A DNA stretch of 64,000 nt. It comes from an uncultured Spirochaetota bacterium. GTDB taxonomy: Bacteria; Spirochaetota; UBA4802; UBA5550. Below are positions 1 to 11,819 of this stretch, piece after piece. The stretch spans positions 352,001-416,000 of the forward strand of contig CAWHAA010000004.1 in NCBI GenBank assembly GCA_963827275.1, in the 5' to 3' direction. Within the stretch, counting starts at the first letter, position 1. The number at the start of each line of letters is the position of its first letter. The notes beneath the pieces were generated by a model, which searched no databases, was not told the origin of the DNA, and saw only the letters and a list, made by a program, of their open reading frames with translations. The translations under genes and the position numbers were made by a program.

Positions 1-279
1 ATCAATACCGTCAGGCGGATCACGGGCATCGACATACGAAGGAAAGACGCCCTCATTATGCTCGACATCACGGGGAATGCGTTCCTCCATAACATGATCC
101 GCATCATGGTCGGGACGATGGTTGACATGAACAAGGCGAATGCGGACCCAAAACAGATCATGGATATCCTTGCGAAATGCGACCGGGTATATGGCGGCAG
201 CACCGCGCCCCCCTACGGCCTTTACCTGATGGAAGTCTCGTATGATCCCGGTCTTTCCACAATGGAATCAGCTTTTTAA
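1..279 (+). CDS. truA: tRNA pseudouridine(38-40) synthase, 3' part (truncated by window start)
   Basis: Frame open from base 1 (INTVRRI...), with GNAFLHNMIRIMVG and TAPPYGLYL, the TruA C-terminal motifs. Confidence 0.93.
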   Translation: MNTVRRITGIDIRRKDALIMLDITGNAFLHNMIRIMVGTMVDMNKANADPKQIMDILAKCDRVYGGSTAPPYGLYLMEVSYDPGLSTMESAF

Positions 280-425
280 CCGGGGTCCGCACCCGGCGGG
301 CAGGCCGCACCGGGTACCATGAAAATAGTATTTAATTTATTGACATAAATAACCCTTGGTAAACTATTACCAGATATCGGATGTAACAATTTCCCGGCAT
401 CTTTTACAAATTATTAAAATCATTT

Positions 426-992
426 ATGAAAAAAACCGGTTTATACAGTGCGTTGACTGTCGTGATATGCCTGCTGTTCCAGGACATAACCTATGCATAT
501 AAGGAGCGGAAGGATAATTTTTCGAAACCGCAGGTCGGGGCGTGGTTCGGACCAGTCACGCCGCTGGGCGAAACCGGGAAGCGCGTGGAGACAAACCTCG
601 GGGGAGGCGGCTTTGCCAGATTCACCTTTCCCTGGCCGTTCCTGAAAATCGGGGTGGATGCGTCATACCAGAAATTCAAGTCCAAGGGCGTGAATGAATT
701 GCAATTTGTCCCGGTATATGGAAACCTGCTCTTCCAGATCCCGGTCGATTTTCCTGTCAGGTTCCAGTTCAAGGGCGGCGCCGGGGCCGGCTGGCTGTCG
801 GTGAAGCCCGATAATAAAACACAGTGGGACCCGATTTTTATGGCTGGTTTTGAGGTCTCGTTCCCGGCGGGGAGGATCGTCAATATCGGTTTGCGGATCG
901 ATTACATTTATATATATGAAGGGTATATAAAGGGATCAAAAAACGGCGGTCATATCCTCAATACGGGTATACAGCTCTATTTCAATATATAA
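426..992 (+). CDS. Small outer-membrane beta-barrel protein
   Basis: N-terminal signal peptide, alternating amphipathic beta strands, aromatic C-terminal strand (GIQLYFNI). Confidence 0.7.
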   Translation: MKKTGLYSALTVVICLLFQDITYAYKERKDNFSKPQVGAWFGPVTPLGETGKRVETNLGGGGFARFTFPWPFLKIGVDASYQKFKSKGVNELQFVPVYGNLLFQIPVDFPVRFQFKGGAGAGWLSVKPDNKTQWDPIFMAGFEVSFPAGRIVNIGLRIDYIYIYEGYIKGSKNGGHILNTGIQLYFNI

Positions 993-1024
993 TAATACGC
1001 GCTGCCTTCCGCAGCAGGTTGAGT

Positions 1025-2536
1025 ATGATGATAGTTAAACGCATCATGGCATTCATCGGTATTTGCACCGCTTCGCTCATTATGGGGTGCGGTACAGATC
1101 CGCTCCTTACCAATATCGGGACAAACCAGCTCCTCGTGGTGCTGAAGGGCACCTATGAATCAAACAGCCCCATGCCATGGTCGATGCCTGACCCCTGCCA
1201 GGCGTATGCAGAGCGTGTACCGGGTGATCCAGCCAGCGTTGCCTGTTCCGCATACACGGCAGCCCACACGACCACTGTCCAGGATGATTCGGTCATCGAG
1301 TGCGACGGCAGCAATCCCGGACCGTACGGAAAGGATGACACCAATCCCGGCGCGTTCCTGATGGACATCTCGGAAATAAAGCTCGTGGATTATAATGGGG
1401 ATACCCATAAATTTGCAAATTATCGCCAGACCTATGCGTTCGGAATGAATGAAGTCGATCCGTTTTTCAGCGGGGTCGGCTATCTTCTTGATAATGATGA
1501 TGCGCCGTCAAAGGCCTACGCGGCCATCCTCCTGTATGTCAGAAAGATGCTTGTTGACGGCGCGAAAAGATACACGCCAGATGCAAAGGGCTGGCGGTCG
1601 GAGCTGGTGTGGGATGTTTTTTCAGAAACGGAATTGCCCACTTTCAATTTCAACAAGTTCCAGATGCATTCCTATTACGACACCCTGCGCTATGAAAGCG
1701 CCTACCTGAACAGGGTCTATCCTATCATAATTCCGATCAGCGACCTGAAGGGAATGATTTTTTCTAACGAGTTCCCCTATACGGTCCTCGAAATACGGAT
1801 TGTCGTAAAAAACTTCATTAAAAAGTACGAGCAGATAGGGGTCAACGGCAACCTCACCACTGCGACGCATTATTACGCGCTTTCCGATTGGCTCCAGGAT
1901 GTTCAGCCGGGTGACAGCGTAATCGGTGGGAATATACTTACCGTTGCCAGATCATACGTGCCCGGACTTGTCGGAAGTATCAGCGGCACAATCCCGCTTG
2001 GGTCCGGTTCGCCCGGCCGGCATGTCATTGCGATACCAGAAGGTGCCAGTATTAATGAATACACCATCCCGTTAAATCCGCGGAGCCTGAACAACTGCAA
2101 TCTGCCGACCGCCCCCGGGCTCTCCCTGTCGACGAACATCGTTGACATGATGGCATATTACCTGAAACTTGAAAAATTCAACAATGACTGGAACCTGTGG
2201 GTCCCGGGCATATGCACGACGTTTGACACCTTTACAACAGAGGCGTCAAAGGCCCATACCTACATACTGGAGTGGGACAAGTTTGCCGGCGAAATAGGTA
2301 TGTATAATTTTAAGATACCCCACTACGCCGTTTTCGCCGGGATCGATCCGGCCGCCACTCCCCCGCTTACCGGCGCGTTCACCATCGATAATGTATCGCC
2401 GGGGTCATATAACCTCTACATCGCGAATGTCGCCCCTACCTACGGCATGCTTTACAACGACGGGCAATTTACGCCATATTCGGGCAATCCCGTGGCCGTA
2501 TCAATCGGGTCGAATACCGTTGTAACATTCCCCTGA
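1025..2536 (+). CDS. Hypothetical surface lipoprotein (~500 aa)
   Basis: Lipobox-like SLIMGC; long ORF 32 bp after the barrel gene; C-terminal beta-sandwich-like segment (FTIDNVSPGSYNLY). Confidence 0.7.
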   Translation: MMIVKRIMAFIGICTASLIMGCGTDPLLTNIGTNQLLVVLKGTYESNSPMPWSMPDPCQAYAERVPGDPASVACSAYTAAHTTTVQDDSVIECDGSNPGPYGKDDTNPGAFLMDISEIKLVDYNGDTHKFANYRQTYAFGMNEVDPFFSGVGYLLDNDDAPSKAYAAILLYVRKMLVDGAKRYTPDAKGWRSELVWDVFSETELPTFNFNKFQMHSYYDTLRYESAYLNRVYPIIIPISDLKGMIFSNEFPYTVLEIRIVVKNFIKKYEQIGVNGNLTTATHYYALSDWLQDVQPGDSVIGGNILTVARSYVPGLVGSISGTIPLGSGSPGRHVIAIPEGASINEYTIPLNPRSLNNCNLPTAPGLSLSTNIVDMMAYYLKLEKFNNDWNLWVPGICTTFDTFTTEASKAHTYILEWDKFAGEIGMYNFKIPHYAVFAGIDPAATPPLTGAFTIDNVSPGSYNLYIANVAPTYGMLYNDGQFTPYSGNPVAVSIGSNTVVTFP

Positions 2537-2660
2537 CGGTTTTAAAAATTTATCGTTCCCGGCATTAATGTAATTGACCTTGCCGCCCCCTCTCCTTAAT
2601 TAGGATTGACTACCATAAACCACGGCCGCGCGCCGTTGTATGAATGTGCGGGGAGATCCT

Positions 2661-3890
2661 ATGTCAAAGCTGAAAATCATCGTTCAAAAGTATGGCGGGA
2701 CAAGCGTCGGTACGCCGGAGCGCATCAAGGCGGTGGCCGAGCGGATCAAGGGCTACACGGGCAAAGGGTATTCAGTCGTGGTGGTCGTATCCGCCATGGG
2801 CAAGACAACGGATGAGCTGATTACGCTCGCGGGGCAGATAACAAAAAACCCGAATAGCAGGGAAATGGACATGCTGCTGTCCACCGGGGAGCAGGTGTCG
2901 ATATCGCTCCTGGCGATGGCGCTGCATGATATCGGCATCGACGCCATCTCCTACACCGGCTCCCAGATCAAGATGATGACCGATGGGAATTTCTCAAAGG
3001 CCAAGATCGAGAGCATCGCGACCAACCGCATCATGAAGTCGCTCGAAGACAACAAGGTCGTCATTGTCGCCGGGTTCCAGGGGATCGATACGGACGAAAA
3101 CATCACCACCCTGGGACGGGGCGGGTCGGACACCTCGGCGGTCGCGCTCGCCGCAGTGCTCGGAACGCGGGACTGCGAAATATATACTGACGTAAACGGA
3201 GTATTCACGGCAGACCCGCGCATCATAGCGAACACGGAAAAGTTGAAGGAAGTCAGCTACGATGAGATGCTCGAGCTTGCGCGGCTCGGGGCGGCGGTGC
3301 TCCACTCCCGTTCCGTCGAGTTTGCTAAGAAATACAATATTCGACTGCATGTCAGGTCGAGTTTCAATTATGAAGAAGGCACAATCGTGATGCCAAAGGA
3401 GGAGATGATGGAGAAGTATGTTATCAGCGGCGTGACCGCGAAACGCGATGAAGCGAAGATCACCATATGGGACATACCCGACCATCCGGGCATTGCCGCG
3501 CGGTTGTTCAGCATAATGGGACAGAACAAGCTGTATGTCAACATGATCGTGCAGTCCACCGGCAAGGATAACAGGGCGTCCATCTCCTTCACGGTGCTGA
3601 AAAGCGACCTTGATAAAGCGATGAAGCTGTGCGACGATTTCAAGAAGGAGCTCGGCGCGAGCGGCGTTGAGGCAAAGAAGGATATCGCGATCGTGTCCGC
3701 GGTAGGGGTCGGGATGCTCTCTTCCTACGGCGTCGCGGGCAGGATCTTCCAGGTGCTCTCGGACCAGAAGATCAATATTGAAATGATCTCCACTTCCGAG
3801 ATCGGCATCTCCTGCGTCATAGACGACATATACGCGGAGCTCGCGCAGAAGGTAATCCACAAGGCGTTCATCGAAGCGGAGCAGAAATAA
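2661..3890 (+). CDS. lysC: Aspartate kinase
   Basis: [29 protein letters not shown] and two C-terminal ACT domains; GGGAG RBS before ATG 2661. Confidence 0.97.
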   Translation: MSKLKIIVQKYGGTSVGTPERIKAVAERIKGYTGKGYSVVVVVSAMGKTTDELITLAGQITKNPNSREMDMLLSTGEQVSISLLAMALHDIGIDAISYTGSQIKMMTDGNFSKAKIESIATNRIMKSLEDNKVVIVAGFQGIDTDENITTLGRGGSDTSAVALAAVLGTRDCEIYTDVNGVFTADPRIIANTEKLKEVSYDEMLELARLGAAVLHSRSVEFAKKYNIRLHVRSSFNYEEGTIVMPKEEMMEKYVISGVTAKRDEAKITIWDIPDHPGIAARLFSIMGQNKLYVNMIVQSTGKDNRASISFTVLKSDLDKAMKLCDDFKKELGASGVEAKKDIAIVSAVGVGMLSSYGVAGRIFQVLSDQKINIEMISTSEIGISCVIDDIYAELAQKVIHKAFIEAEQK

Positions 3891-4990
3891 TGCTGACCGT
3901 CGGGGTCCTCTTCGGCGGCCGCTCGGGCGAGCACGATGTGTCGCTCTGCTCGGCGGCATCTGTCGTTTCCGCGCTGGACCCCGCGAAATACGCGGTCGTT
4001 GCGATCGGCATCGACCGCGACGGCCGCTGGTACGTGCAGGACAGGCCGGTCATCGTCGATGACAGGGACTTCGGCCGCGTTTTGAAGCTGGAGAGAAAGG
4101 GAAACTGGCTCGTCAACCACTTCGAAGAGAACGGCAGACTCGTTCTGCATGACATTGAAACCGGCAAAAGCGTTGCCGTGGACGTCGTGTTCCCGGCGGT
4201 GCACGGCACCTACTGCGAGGACGGCACGCTCCAGGGCCTGCTCGAGCTTGCCATGGTCCCGTATGTCGGGGCGGATTCAGTCGGGTCGTCGATCGGCATA
4301 GACAAGGACGTGACGAAGCGCCTGCTCCGTGACAGCGGCATACCGGTGGTCCCCTGGGAGACGGTTGCCCGGGAGGACTGGGACCGCGATGCGCCGCAGA
4401 TCCTCGACAGGATCGGGAAGGGACTGCGCCTGCCGCTGTTCGTCAAGCCGGCGCGGACCGGTTCCTCGGTCGGGGTGATGAAAGTCAAGGCGGCGGATGA
4501 GCTTGCCGGGGCCATTGAATTCGCCTTTCAGTATGACACCCGGCTGCTGGTGGAAGAGGGGATCAACGCGCGGGAGATCGAATGCGCGGTCCTCGGCAAC
4601 AACGACCCCGAGGCTTCGGTGCCGGGCGAGATCATCCCCCGGCATGAGTTCTATTCCTACGAATCAAAATACATCGACCCGAACGGCGCGGAGCTGTCGA
4701 TACCCGCCCGGCTCGATGAAAAAATTGCCGCCTCGATCCGGGACGCTGCCGTCAGGGGCTACCGGGCGCTCTGCTGCAGCGGCATGGCGCGTGTCGATTT
4801 CTTCCTCGATAAAACCACGGGCGACTACTACCTCAATGAAATCAACACTCTCCCCGGGTTCACCAGCATAAGCATGTATCCAAAGCTATGGGCGCATACG
4901 GGACTTGAATACGCGCGCCTGATCGATACCCTGATCGATCTTGCGCTGGAGCGCCATCGCGCCAGGATGAAGATCCGGACCGATCGATGA
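3890..4990 (+). CDS. ddl: D-alanine--D-alanine ligase
   Basis: LFGGRSGEHDVS, HGTYCEDG, GSSVG, NEINTLPGFT; start overlaps lysC stop. Confidence 0.97.
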   Translation: MLTVGVLFGGRSGEHDVSLCSAASVVSALDPAKYAVVAIGIDRDGRWYVQDRPVIVDDRDFGRVLKLERKGNWLVNHFEENGRLVLHDIETGKSVAVDVVFPAVHGTYCEDGTLQGLLELAMVPYVGADSVGSSIGIDKDVTKRLLRDSGIPVVPWETVAREDWDRDAPQILDRIGKGLRLPLFVKPARTGSSVGVMKVKAADELAGAIEFAFQYDTRLLVEEGINAREIECAVLGNNDPEASVPGEIIPRHEFYSYESKYIDPNGAELSIPARLDEKIAASIRDAAVRGYRALCCSGMARVDFFLDKTTGDYYLNEINTLPGFTSISMYPKLWAHTGLEYARLIDTLIDLALERHRARMKIRTDR

Positions 4991-5649
4991 GACTTCATGC
5001 CGTTCTCTTCGATATGGACGGGGTCGTCGTCGATTCCATGAGGTTCCATGCCGCGGCGTGGAAGCAGGTCCTCGGCGAGCACGGCCTTGCGGTGGAGGAA
5101 ATCGAAATTTACCTGCGCGAAGGGATGTCCGGACGCCAGTCCATCGAGGACATTTTTGCGGATCATGGCCGGCCGTTCCCCTGCGAGGACCGCTTCCAAA
5201 AGCTCATTGCAAAAAAACACGCGCTGTTTGAACGGAACACGATCGGGCTCTTCCCGTCGGTTGTCCCCATGCTTGAGTGGGTGAAGGCGAGGGGCGCGTG
5301 CGCGGCCCTGGTGACCGGCTCGGCACGGCGGTCAATCGACCACATGATGCCGGAAAGGGTCCTTTCCCTGTTTGACGCGGTCATCGGCGCCGAGGACGTT
5401 GCGAAAGGGAAGCCGGACCCCGAGCCGTACAGGCGGGCCCTTGAAAAGCTCGGTGCGGACCCTGCCGCGGCCCTCGCGATAGAAAACGCGCCGATGGGAA
5501 TCCGCTCCGCAAAGGGCGCCGGCGTCACCTGCTACGCGATCGAGACCACGCTCCCCCGGCAGTATCTTTCCGCGGCTGACCTGATTTTCGGCGATCATGC
5601 CTCGCTTTTCGAGTATTTCAAATCATGCGGCGAGACCGGGAGGCGGTGA
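4987..5649 (+). CDS. HAD-superfamily phosphatase (beta-phosphoglucomutase-like)
   Basis: FDMDGV motif I, KPDPEPY, IENAPMGI; ATGA overlap with ddl. Confidence 0.9.
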   Translation: MRLHAVLFDMDGVVVDSMRFHAAAWKQVLGEHGLAVEEIEIYLREGMSGRQSIEDIFADHGRPFPCEDRFQKLIAKKHALFERNTIGLFPSVVPMLEWVKARGACAALVTGSARRSIDHMMPERVLSLFDAVIGAEDVAKGKPDPEPYRRALEKLGADPAAALAIENAPMGIRSAKGAGVTCYAIETTLPRQYLSAADLIFGDHASLFEYFKSCGETGRR

Positions 5650-5776
5650 CCCCCCCGGGCGGCCATTTTTTTATTGACACTGCCCGTTTCATCGCATTTA
5701 TATGATTATCCGTACAAGGTCCTTCCGGGCAGCATGCGCGGTACGGGCGGTATCCTACAAAGAGTCAGGTAAGCAT

Positions 5777-6664
5777 ATGGCGACACGGCCTTCGGAAAAA
5801 CGGATCCAGAAAAAGGCGCAGCGGCAGATGGCGCGAAGCGAGAAACGGGCGACCCGGCACGGGCGGTCGGGGAAAACACGCCGTGCGATCGGCGACTTCA
5901 TCATCCAGAAGCGGTCCATCGTGCCGAACATGATCACCATGTCGAACATGACCATGGGGTTTTTCGCCATCATCATGGCGAGCAGGGGCGACAATTTTTC
6001 CCTGGCGGTTGCGGGGGTGATGATTTTTCTGGGCACCATTTTTGACGCGGTGGACGGCGCGGTGGCGCGCGCAATGCATGTGGCGAGCCCGGTCGGGGTC
6101 CAGCTCGATTCGCTCGCCGACGGGATCGCGTACGGGATCGCTCCCGCGGTAATCGCCTACCAGGCGTATCTCAGGAAGCTGCCGTCAGGCGTCACCATAA
6201 TCGACTTCGGGATGCTCATCGCGCTCATCTACCCGATCTGCGCAATATACCGGCTCGCGCGCTTCAACGTCGGCGCCGAGGATGACGACCACACCAGGTT
6301 CAAGGGCCTCCCTTCGCCTGCCGCGGGCATAATCATCGCCTCCATACCGGTGTTGATGGTCCCCGATTTTCTTTCCGTCCTGAAAACGACGATGGTGATT
6401 CCCGGGGAGATTTTTATCGCCATCTACGTTCTCGTCAGCATCCTCATGGTGTCCCGCGTCGATTACAGCAAGGTTTTCCCGGATATCCAGCGCATAGGCG
6501 GCAGGCCGGCACTGGTGGTGTCGATGATACTGGGTCTCCTGTGCCTGGGGCTCTTCAGCGCATGGTTTGTATTCGGCTTCATGATGACCTACATGATCAT
6601 AGGAATCATTGCATACGTTATAAAGCTGGCCAGGCGCAAAAAAAAATCCTCCGCTAGCGCGTGA
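5777..6664 (+). CDS. pssA: CDP-diacylglycerol--serine O-phosphatidyltransferase
   Basis: PNMIT, DAVDGAVAR...GVQLDSLAD CDP-alcohol motif, RLARFN, FKGLPSP; start uncertain (5702 or 5777). Confidence 0.88.
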   Translation: MATRPSEKRIQKKAQRQMARSEKRATRHGRSGKTRRAIGDFIIQKRSIVPNMITMSNMTMGFFAIIMASRGDNFSLAVAGVMIFLGTIFDAVDGAVARAMHVASPVGVQLDSLADGIAYGIAPAVIAYQAYLRKLPSGVTIIDFGMLIALIYPICAIYRLARFNVGAEDDDHTRFKGLPSPAAGIIIASIPVLMVPDFLSVLKTTMVIPGEIFIAIYVLVSILMVSRVDYSKVFPDIQRIGGRPALVVSMILGLLCLGLFSAWFVFGFMMTYMIIGIIAYVIKLARRKKKSSASA

Positions 6665-6685
6665 TGGTTATTTCATTCATACAGG

Positions 6686-7885
6686 ATGGTGCAGATGGCT
6701 ACCAGCAATATTATCATAATCGGCGCTTCGGCCGCGGGCATATCGGCAGCGCGGGAGATACGGGCCGTTGATGGCGCCATACCCGTCAGTATCTTCACGG
6801 AAGAAATGCATTATCCCTATTACCGGCCCATGCTCACCGAATATATCGGCGACAGGGGCGTTGAAAAAAAAGCCAACTTCCTCCTCAATCCTGAAAAATG
6901 GTATGAGGAAAAGAAGGTGGAGCTCCTCCTCGGCACGAAGGTCGCGTCGATAGATCCCGCGGGGAAGTCGATCCAGACCGTTTCCGGCGACACGCACCGG
7001 TTCGGCGCCCTGATACTTGCAAACGGGAGTTCGCCCTTCGTGCCCTTCAAGGACGCCGCGGGGAAGAAAAATGTTCATTCCGTAAGGACGCTGGATGACG
7101 CACGGGCGGTCGAGTCGCAGGCGGAACATATTAAGAACGCCGTCGTTATCGGCGGGGGGCTGCTCGGGCTCGAGGCGGCCAATTCGCTGATGAACCGGGG
7201 CATCGGGGTGACGGTGATAGAAGGGAGCGACCGCATCCTGCCGCGCCAGCTTGACCCGCAGTGCTCGGCGATCCTGTATGATTTGATTGTGAAAAAGAAC
7301 GTTGCCCTCATGCTGGGCAAATCGATAGAAGGGATCGCGGGCGGAGAAACCGCGACGGGCGTCAGGCTCGCGTCCGGGGAAACGGTGCCGGCCGAGATGA
7401 TCGTCATATCGATCGGCGTGCGCCCCAATGTCGACCTTGCCAGGCAGTGCGGCGTGCAGGTGAACAGGGCCGTCGTTGTGAACGAGCGCATGGAGACCTC
7501 GGTCCCGGGGATCTATGCCTGCGGCGACGTGGCGGAATTCAACGGGAAATGCATCTCGCTCTGGATGCCGGCGATGCGCCAGGGCAAGGTGGCTGGATCA
7601 AACGCGGCGGGAAGGCCGGCACAGTTTGCCGACGAGGCATATCCCGCGGTGCTCAATTCGTTCGGGACCAGGATCTTTTCCTCCGGCGATCTCTGTCTGG
7701 AAAGAAAGGAGGGGGAATACCGGACGCATTTTGCGCAGGACGAGGCCAGGGGCAGCTACAAAAAGCTGTTTTTCGTCAATGAACGGCTTGCCGGGTTCAT
7801 ACTGATCGGCGATATCGCGGAATCGCAGAAGCTGAACGCGGCATTGAAGGCCGGGACAACGTTCTCTGAAATCGTTAAAGAATGA
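6686..7885 (+). CDS. NAD(P)/FAD-dependent oxidoreductase (NADH:rubredoxin oxidoreductase / NirB N-terminal-like)
   Basis: IIGASAAG FAD site, YYRPML, VIGGGLLGLE NAD site, IYACGD. Confidence 0.9.
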   Translation: MVQMATSNIIIIGASAAGISAAREIRAVDGAIPVSIFTEEMHYPYYRPMLTEYIGDRGVEKKANFLLNPEKWYEEKKVELLLGTKVASIDPAGKSIQTVSGDTHRFGALILANGSSPFVPFKDAAGKKNVHSVRTLDDARAVESQAEHIKNAVVIGGGLLGLEAANSLMNRGIGVTVIEGSDRILPRQLDPQCSAILYDLIVKKNVALMLGKSIEGIAGGETATGVRLASGETVPAEMIVISIGVRPNVDLARQCGVQVNRAVVVNERMETSVPGIYACGDVAEFNGKCISLWMPAMRQGKVAGSNAAGRPAQFADEAYPAVLNSFGTRIFSSGDLCLERKEGEYRTHFAQDEARGSYKKLFFVNERLAGFILIGDIAESQKLNAALKAGTTFSEIVKE

Positions 7886-7895
7886 CGGAGAAACA

Positions 7896-8387
7896 ATGAT
7901 GGAATTTTCCCATTATTCAAAGGACGGCACCCCCGTCATGGTCGATATATCCCAGAAGAAGGTGACCATGCGCACCGCCAGGGCCGCCGGTTTTGTCCGC
8001 CTCCAGCCGGCCACGCTCGACCTGATTGAGAAGCGCCTTCTTCCCAAAGGGGACCTTTTCCAGATCGCAAAGGTTGCCGGTATCATGGCGGCCAAGAGGA
8101 ACGCGGAGCTGATTCCAATGTGCCATCCCCTGGCCCTTTCATTTATCGACGTTACCATTGTCATGGACCGCGGAAAGGGCGGCGTGGCGGTCAATTCCGA
8201 GGTGCGGCTCGAGGGGAAAACAGGGGCTGAAATGGAGGCGTTGATGGCGGTGTCAATCGCCGCACTCACTGTCTATGACATGTGCAAGGCGGTGGATAAG
8301 ACGATGGTTATCGAAGATATTAAAGTGACAGAAAAAACCGGCGGGAAATCTGACCCGTCACTGCGCCCTGATGCCAGCCAGAAGTAG
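7896..8387 (+). CDS. moaC: Cyclic pyranopterin monophosphate synthase
   Basis: MVDISQK, LIPMCHP, KTGAEMEAL, YDMCKAVD, KTGGKS. Confidence 0.97.
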   Translation: MMEFSHYSKDGTPVMVDISQKKVTMRTARAAGFVRLQPATLDLIEKRLLPKGDLFQIAKVAGIMAAKRNAELIPMCHPLALSFIDVTIVMDRGKGGVAVNSEVRLEGKTGAEMEALMAVSIAALTVYDMCKAVDKTMVIEDIKVTEKTGGKSDPSLRPDASQK

Positions 8388-8530
8388 TTAGCTTTCACTC
8401 AAATTCCCTTGATTTTACCAAATCGTTGAAAATTCAATGGATTGGTATTTTAATTTAAAATAATTTTTAATAATTGACAAAAAAAGGCTATAATTGAACT
8501 TGATTAATTGTAAAAATATATATATTAATA

Positions 8531-8566
8531 TATTGTTAGCACTCTTTTTAATGAGTGCTAACAATA
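8531..8566 (+). promoter_or_regulatory. CIRCE element (HrcA operator) upstream of groES
   Basis: TTAGCACTC (8536-8544) - 8 nt - GAGTGCTAA (8553-8561); arms extend to 14 bp (TATTGTTAGCACTC/GAGTGCTAACAATA). Confidence 0.92.
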
Positions 8567-8684
8567 ATATAAAAAATATATTTTAATATATTAATTAAAA
8601 TATATGTCTATTCTTCAATAATTAGAAGAATTTCCTCTTTTTACGAGGAAAAAAATAATCACTGAGTCCATAAGGAGGAAGGAA

Positions 8685-8969
8685 GTGGCATTAAAACCTA
8701 TAGGCGATCGTGTCGTCATCGAATTACTGGAACAGGAAGCGGAGAAAGTCGGGTCAATCTATGTTCCTGATACCGCGAAAGAAAAGCCCCAGCAGGGAAA
8801 AATTATCGCAGTCGGTCAGGGCAAACGTGATGGCAAGGATCTCATTCCCATGACGGTAAAGGTTGGAGACACCGTTCTCTTCAGCAGGTACGGCGGAATG
8901 GAAGTCAAACATGGCGGCAAGGATTATCTAATCCTGTCAGAAGGCGACGTGCTGGCTATCGTTGATTAA
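8685..8969 (+). CDS. groES: Co-chaperonin GroES
   Basis: LKPIGDRVVI, PDTAKEKPQQG, VKVGDTV; AAGGAGG RBS, GTG start. Confidence 0.98.
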   Translation: MALKPIGDRVVIELLEQEAEKVGSIYVPDTAKEKPQQGKIIAVGQGKRDGKDLIPMTVKVGDTVLFSRYGGMEVKHGGKDYLILSEGDVLAIVD

Positions 8970-9008
8970 TTCCGGCGTCCAATTCAGTTACGACAACAAA
9001 ATATTTAA

Positions 9009-10661
<1,653 letters not shown>

Positions 10662-10701
10662 GATACTGCCAACGCCCGAACCATTATTCGAGTCAAACCT
10701 G

Positions 10702-10736
10702 CGGCCGGGGCCCATATCCCCGGCCGTTTTATTTTT
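10702..10736 (+). terminator. Intrinsic terminator of groESL
   Basis: CGGCCGGGG-loop-CCCCGGCCG followed by TTTTATTTTT. Confidence 0.8.
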
Positions 10737-10922
10737 CACCTGCCCCTCACCCGCCCGGCGGCCGCGGCGGTCCCGCATGCTCACGGAAAACATGGCGTCG
10801 CTGTCAAAAAAGAAATAATTCAGATAAATGAGCGATATTCCGATCATTGATACGGGGAATCGTGAAACATTGCAGGCGGAGTCCCCGGGGAAGCCGTGTG
10901 CAAAAAAAGTCAATATGGATGT

Positions 10923-11807
10923 ATGATGGATACCGTTCCGCTCGTGCTGCCGAACAGGCTTAAAGACACGTATGATTTTGAATACGTGATAGATATGCAG
11001 GACGCAATATACGGCCAGGCCGCAGGGCTTGACCTGTCGCGCATATCCTTCATAGAGCCGTATTCAATGCTCTCGCTGCTGCTTCTCGGCAGGAACTATT
11101 TGAGGAAAAGCGGCAACAAGCTCAGGCTGACCGGCATCCCGATCAATATCCACCAGTACCTTCACCGGATGGATTTCTTCAAAACAGGGGTCTTCGACGT
11201 GCCCGAGCGCCTTAACGAGAAGCTCCTGCTGAAGCGGAGCACGTTCAGCAACCGGGTGCTCGAGATCACCGAGATCCCGAACAAGGAGCGGGAAAGCGTC
11301 CGCATCATATCAGGGATCGTCGGCGTTTTCAGGAAGCGGGCCGAGCACATATTGAAGTACTGGCTTTCGGACCGCATTACGGATTATTTCGTCACGGTGA
11401 TCTCCGAGATCTGCCAGAATATATACGAGCACAGCCTCGACTCGGGCTACCTCGCGATGCAGACGTATTCGGTGGGCAAGGAAAATATCGTGCGGCTGTC
11501 GATCGGCGATTCGGGCATCGGTATATTGAAGAGCTTTGAAAACAACGGCGTGCGGTATGACTCGCCCGCCCACCTGATTGAGCTGGCGGTCACGACGCCC
11601 ATATCGAGCAAGCGGGAGTTCGGCTACGGGCTCTGCCAGGTGAACGCCATCGTGGAGAAGCTGAAGGGGTCGATATTTTTACGGTCGGGAAACGCGTCGG
11701 TATCGACGCTGTATCAGAAAAAGTCGGCAGGCTCTTCCTACCTGTTCCAGAAGAACGACCTGCGTCCCTTCGACGGGACGCAGATTTCAATATCATTGAC
11801 GGGATAG
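10923..11807 (+). CDS. STAS-like domain + histidine-kinase-like (GHKL) ATPase
   Basis: N-terminal LDLSRISFIEP...YLHRMDFF (STAS-like); N-box EICQNIYEHS, G1 DSGIGI, G2 GYGL, terminal GTQISI; no obvious HisKA H-box. Confidence 0.8.
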   Translation: MMDTVPLVLPNRLKDTYDFEYVIDMQDAIYGQAAGLDLSRISFIEPYSMLSLLLLGRNYLRKSGNKLRLTGIPINIHQYLHRMDFFKTGVFDVPERLNEKLLLKRSTFSNRVLEITEIPNKERESVRIISGIVGVFRKRAEHILKYWLSDRITDYFVTVISEICQNIYEHSLDSGYLAMQTYSVGKENIVRLSIGDSGIGILKSFENNGVRYDSPAHLIELAVTTPISSKREFGYGLCQVNAIVEKLKGSIFLRSGNASVSTLYQKKSAGSSYLFQKNDLRPFDGTQISISLTG

Positions 11808-11819
11808 AGAATATTCAAC

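Noticed and set aside
8390..8680. Horizontally acquired AT-rich island
   Set aside because: It is the groESL promoter region with CIRCE; similar AT-rich spacers precede other genes in the window
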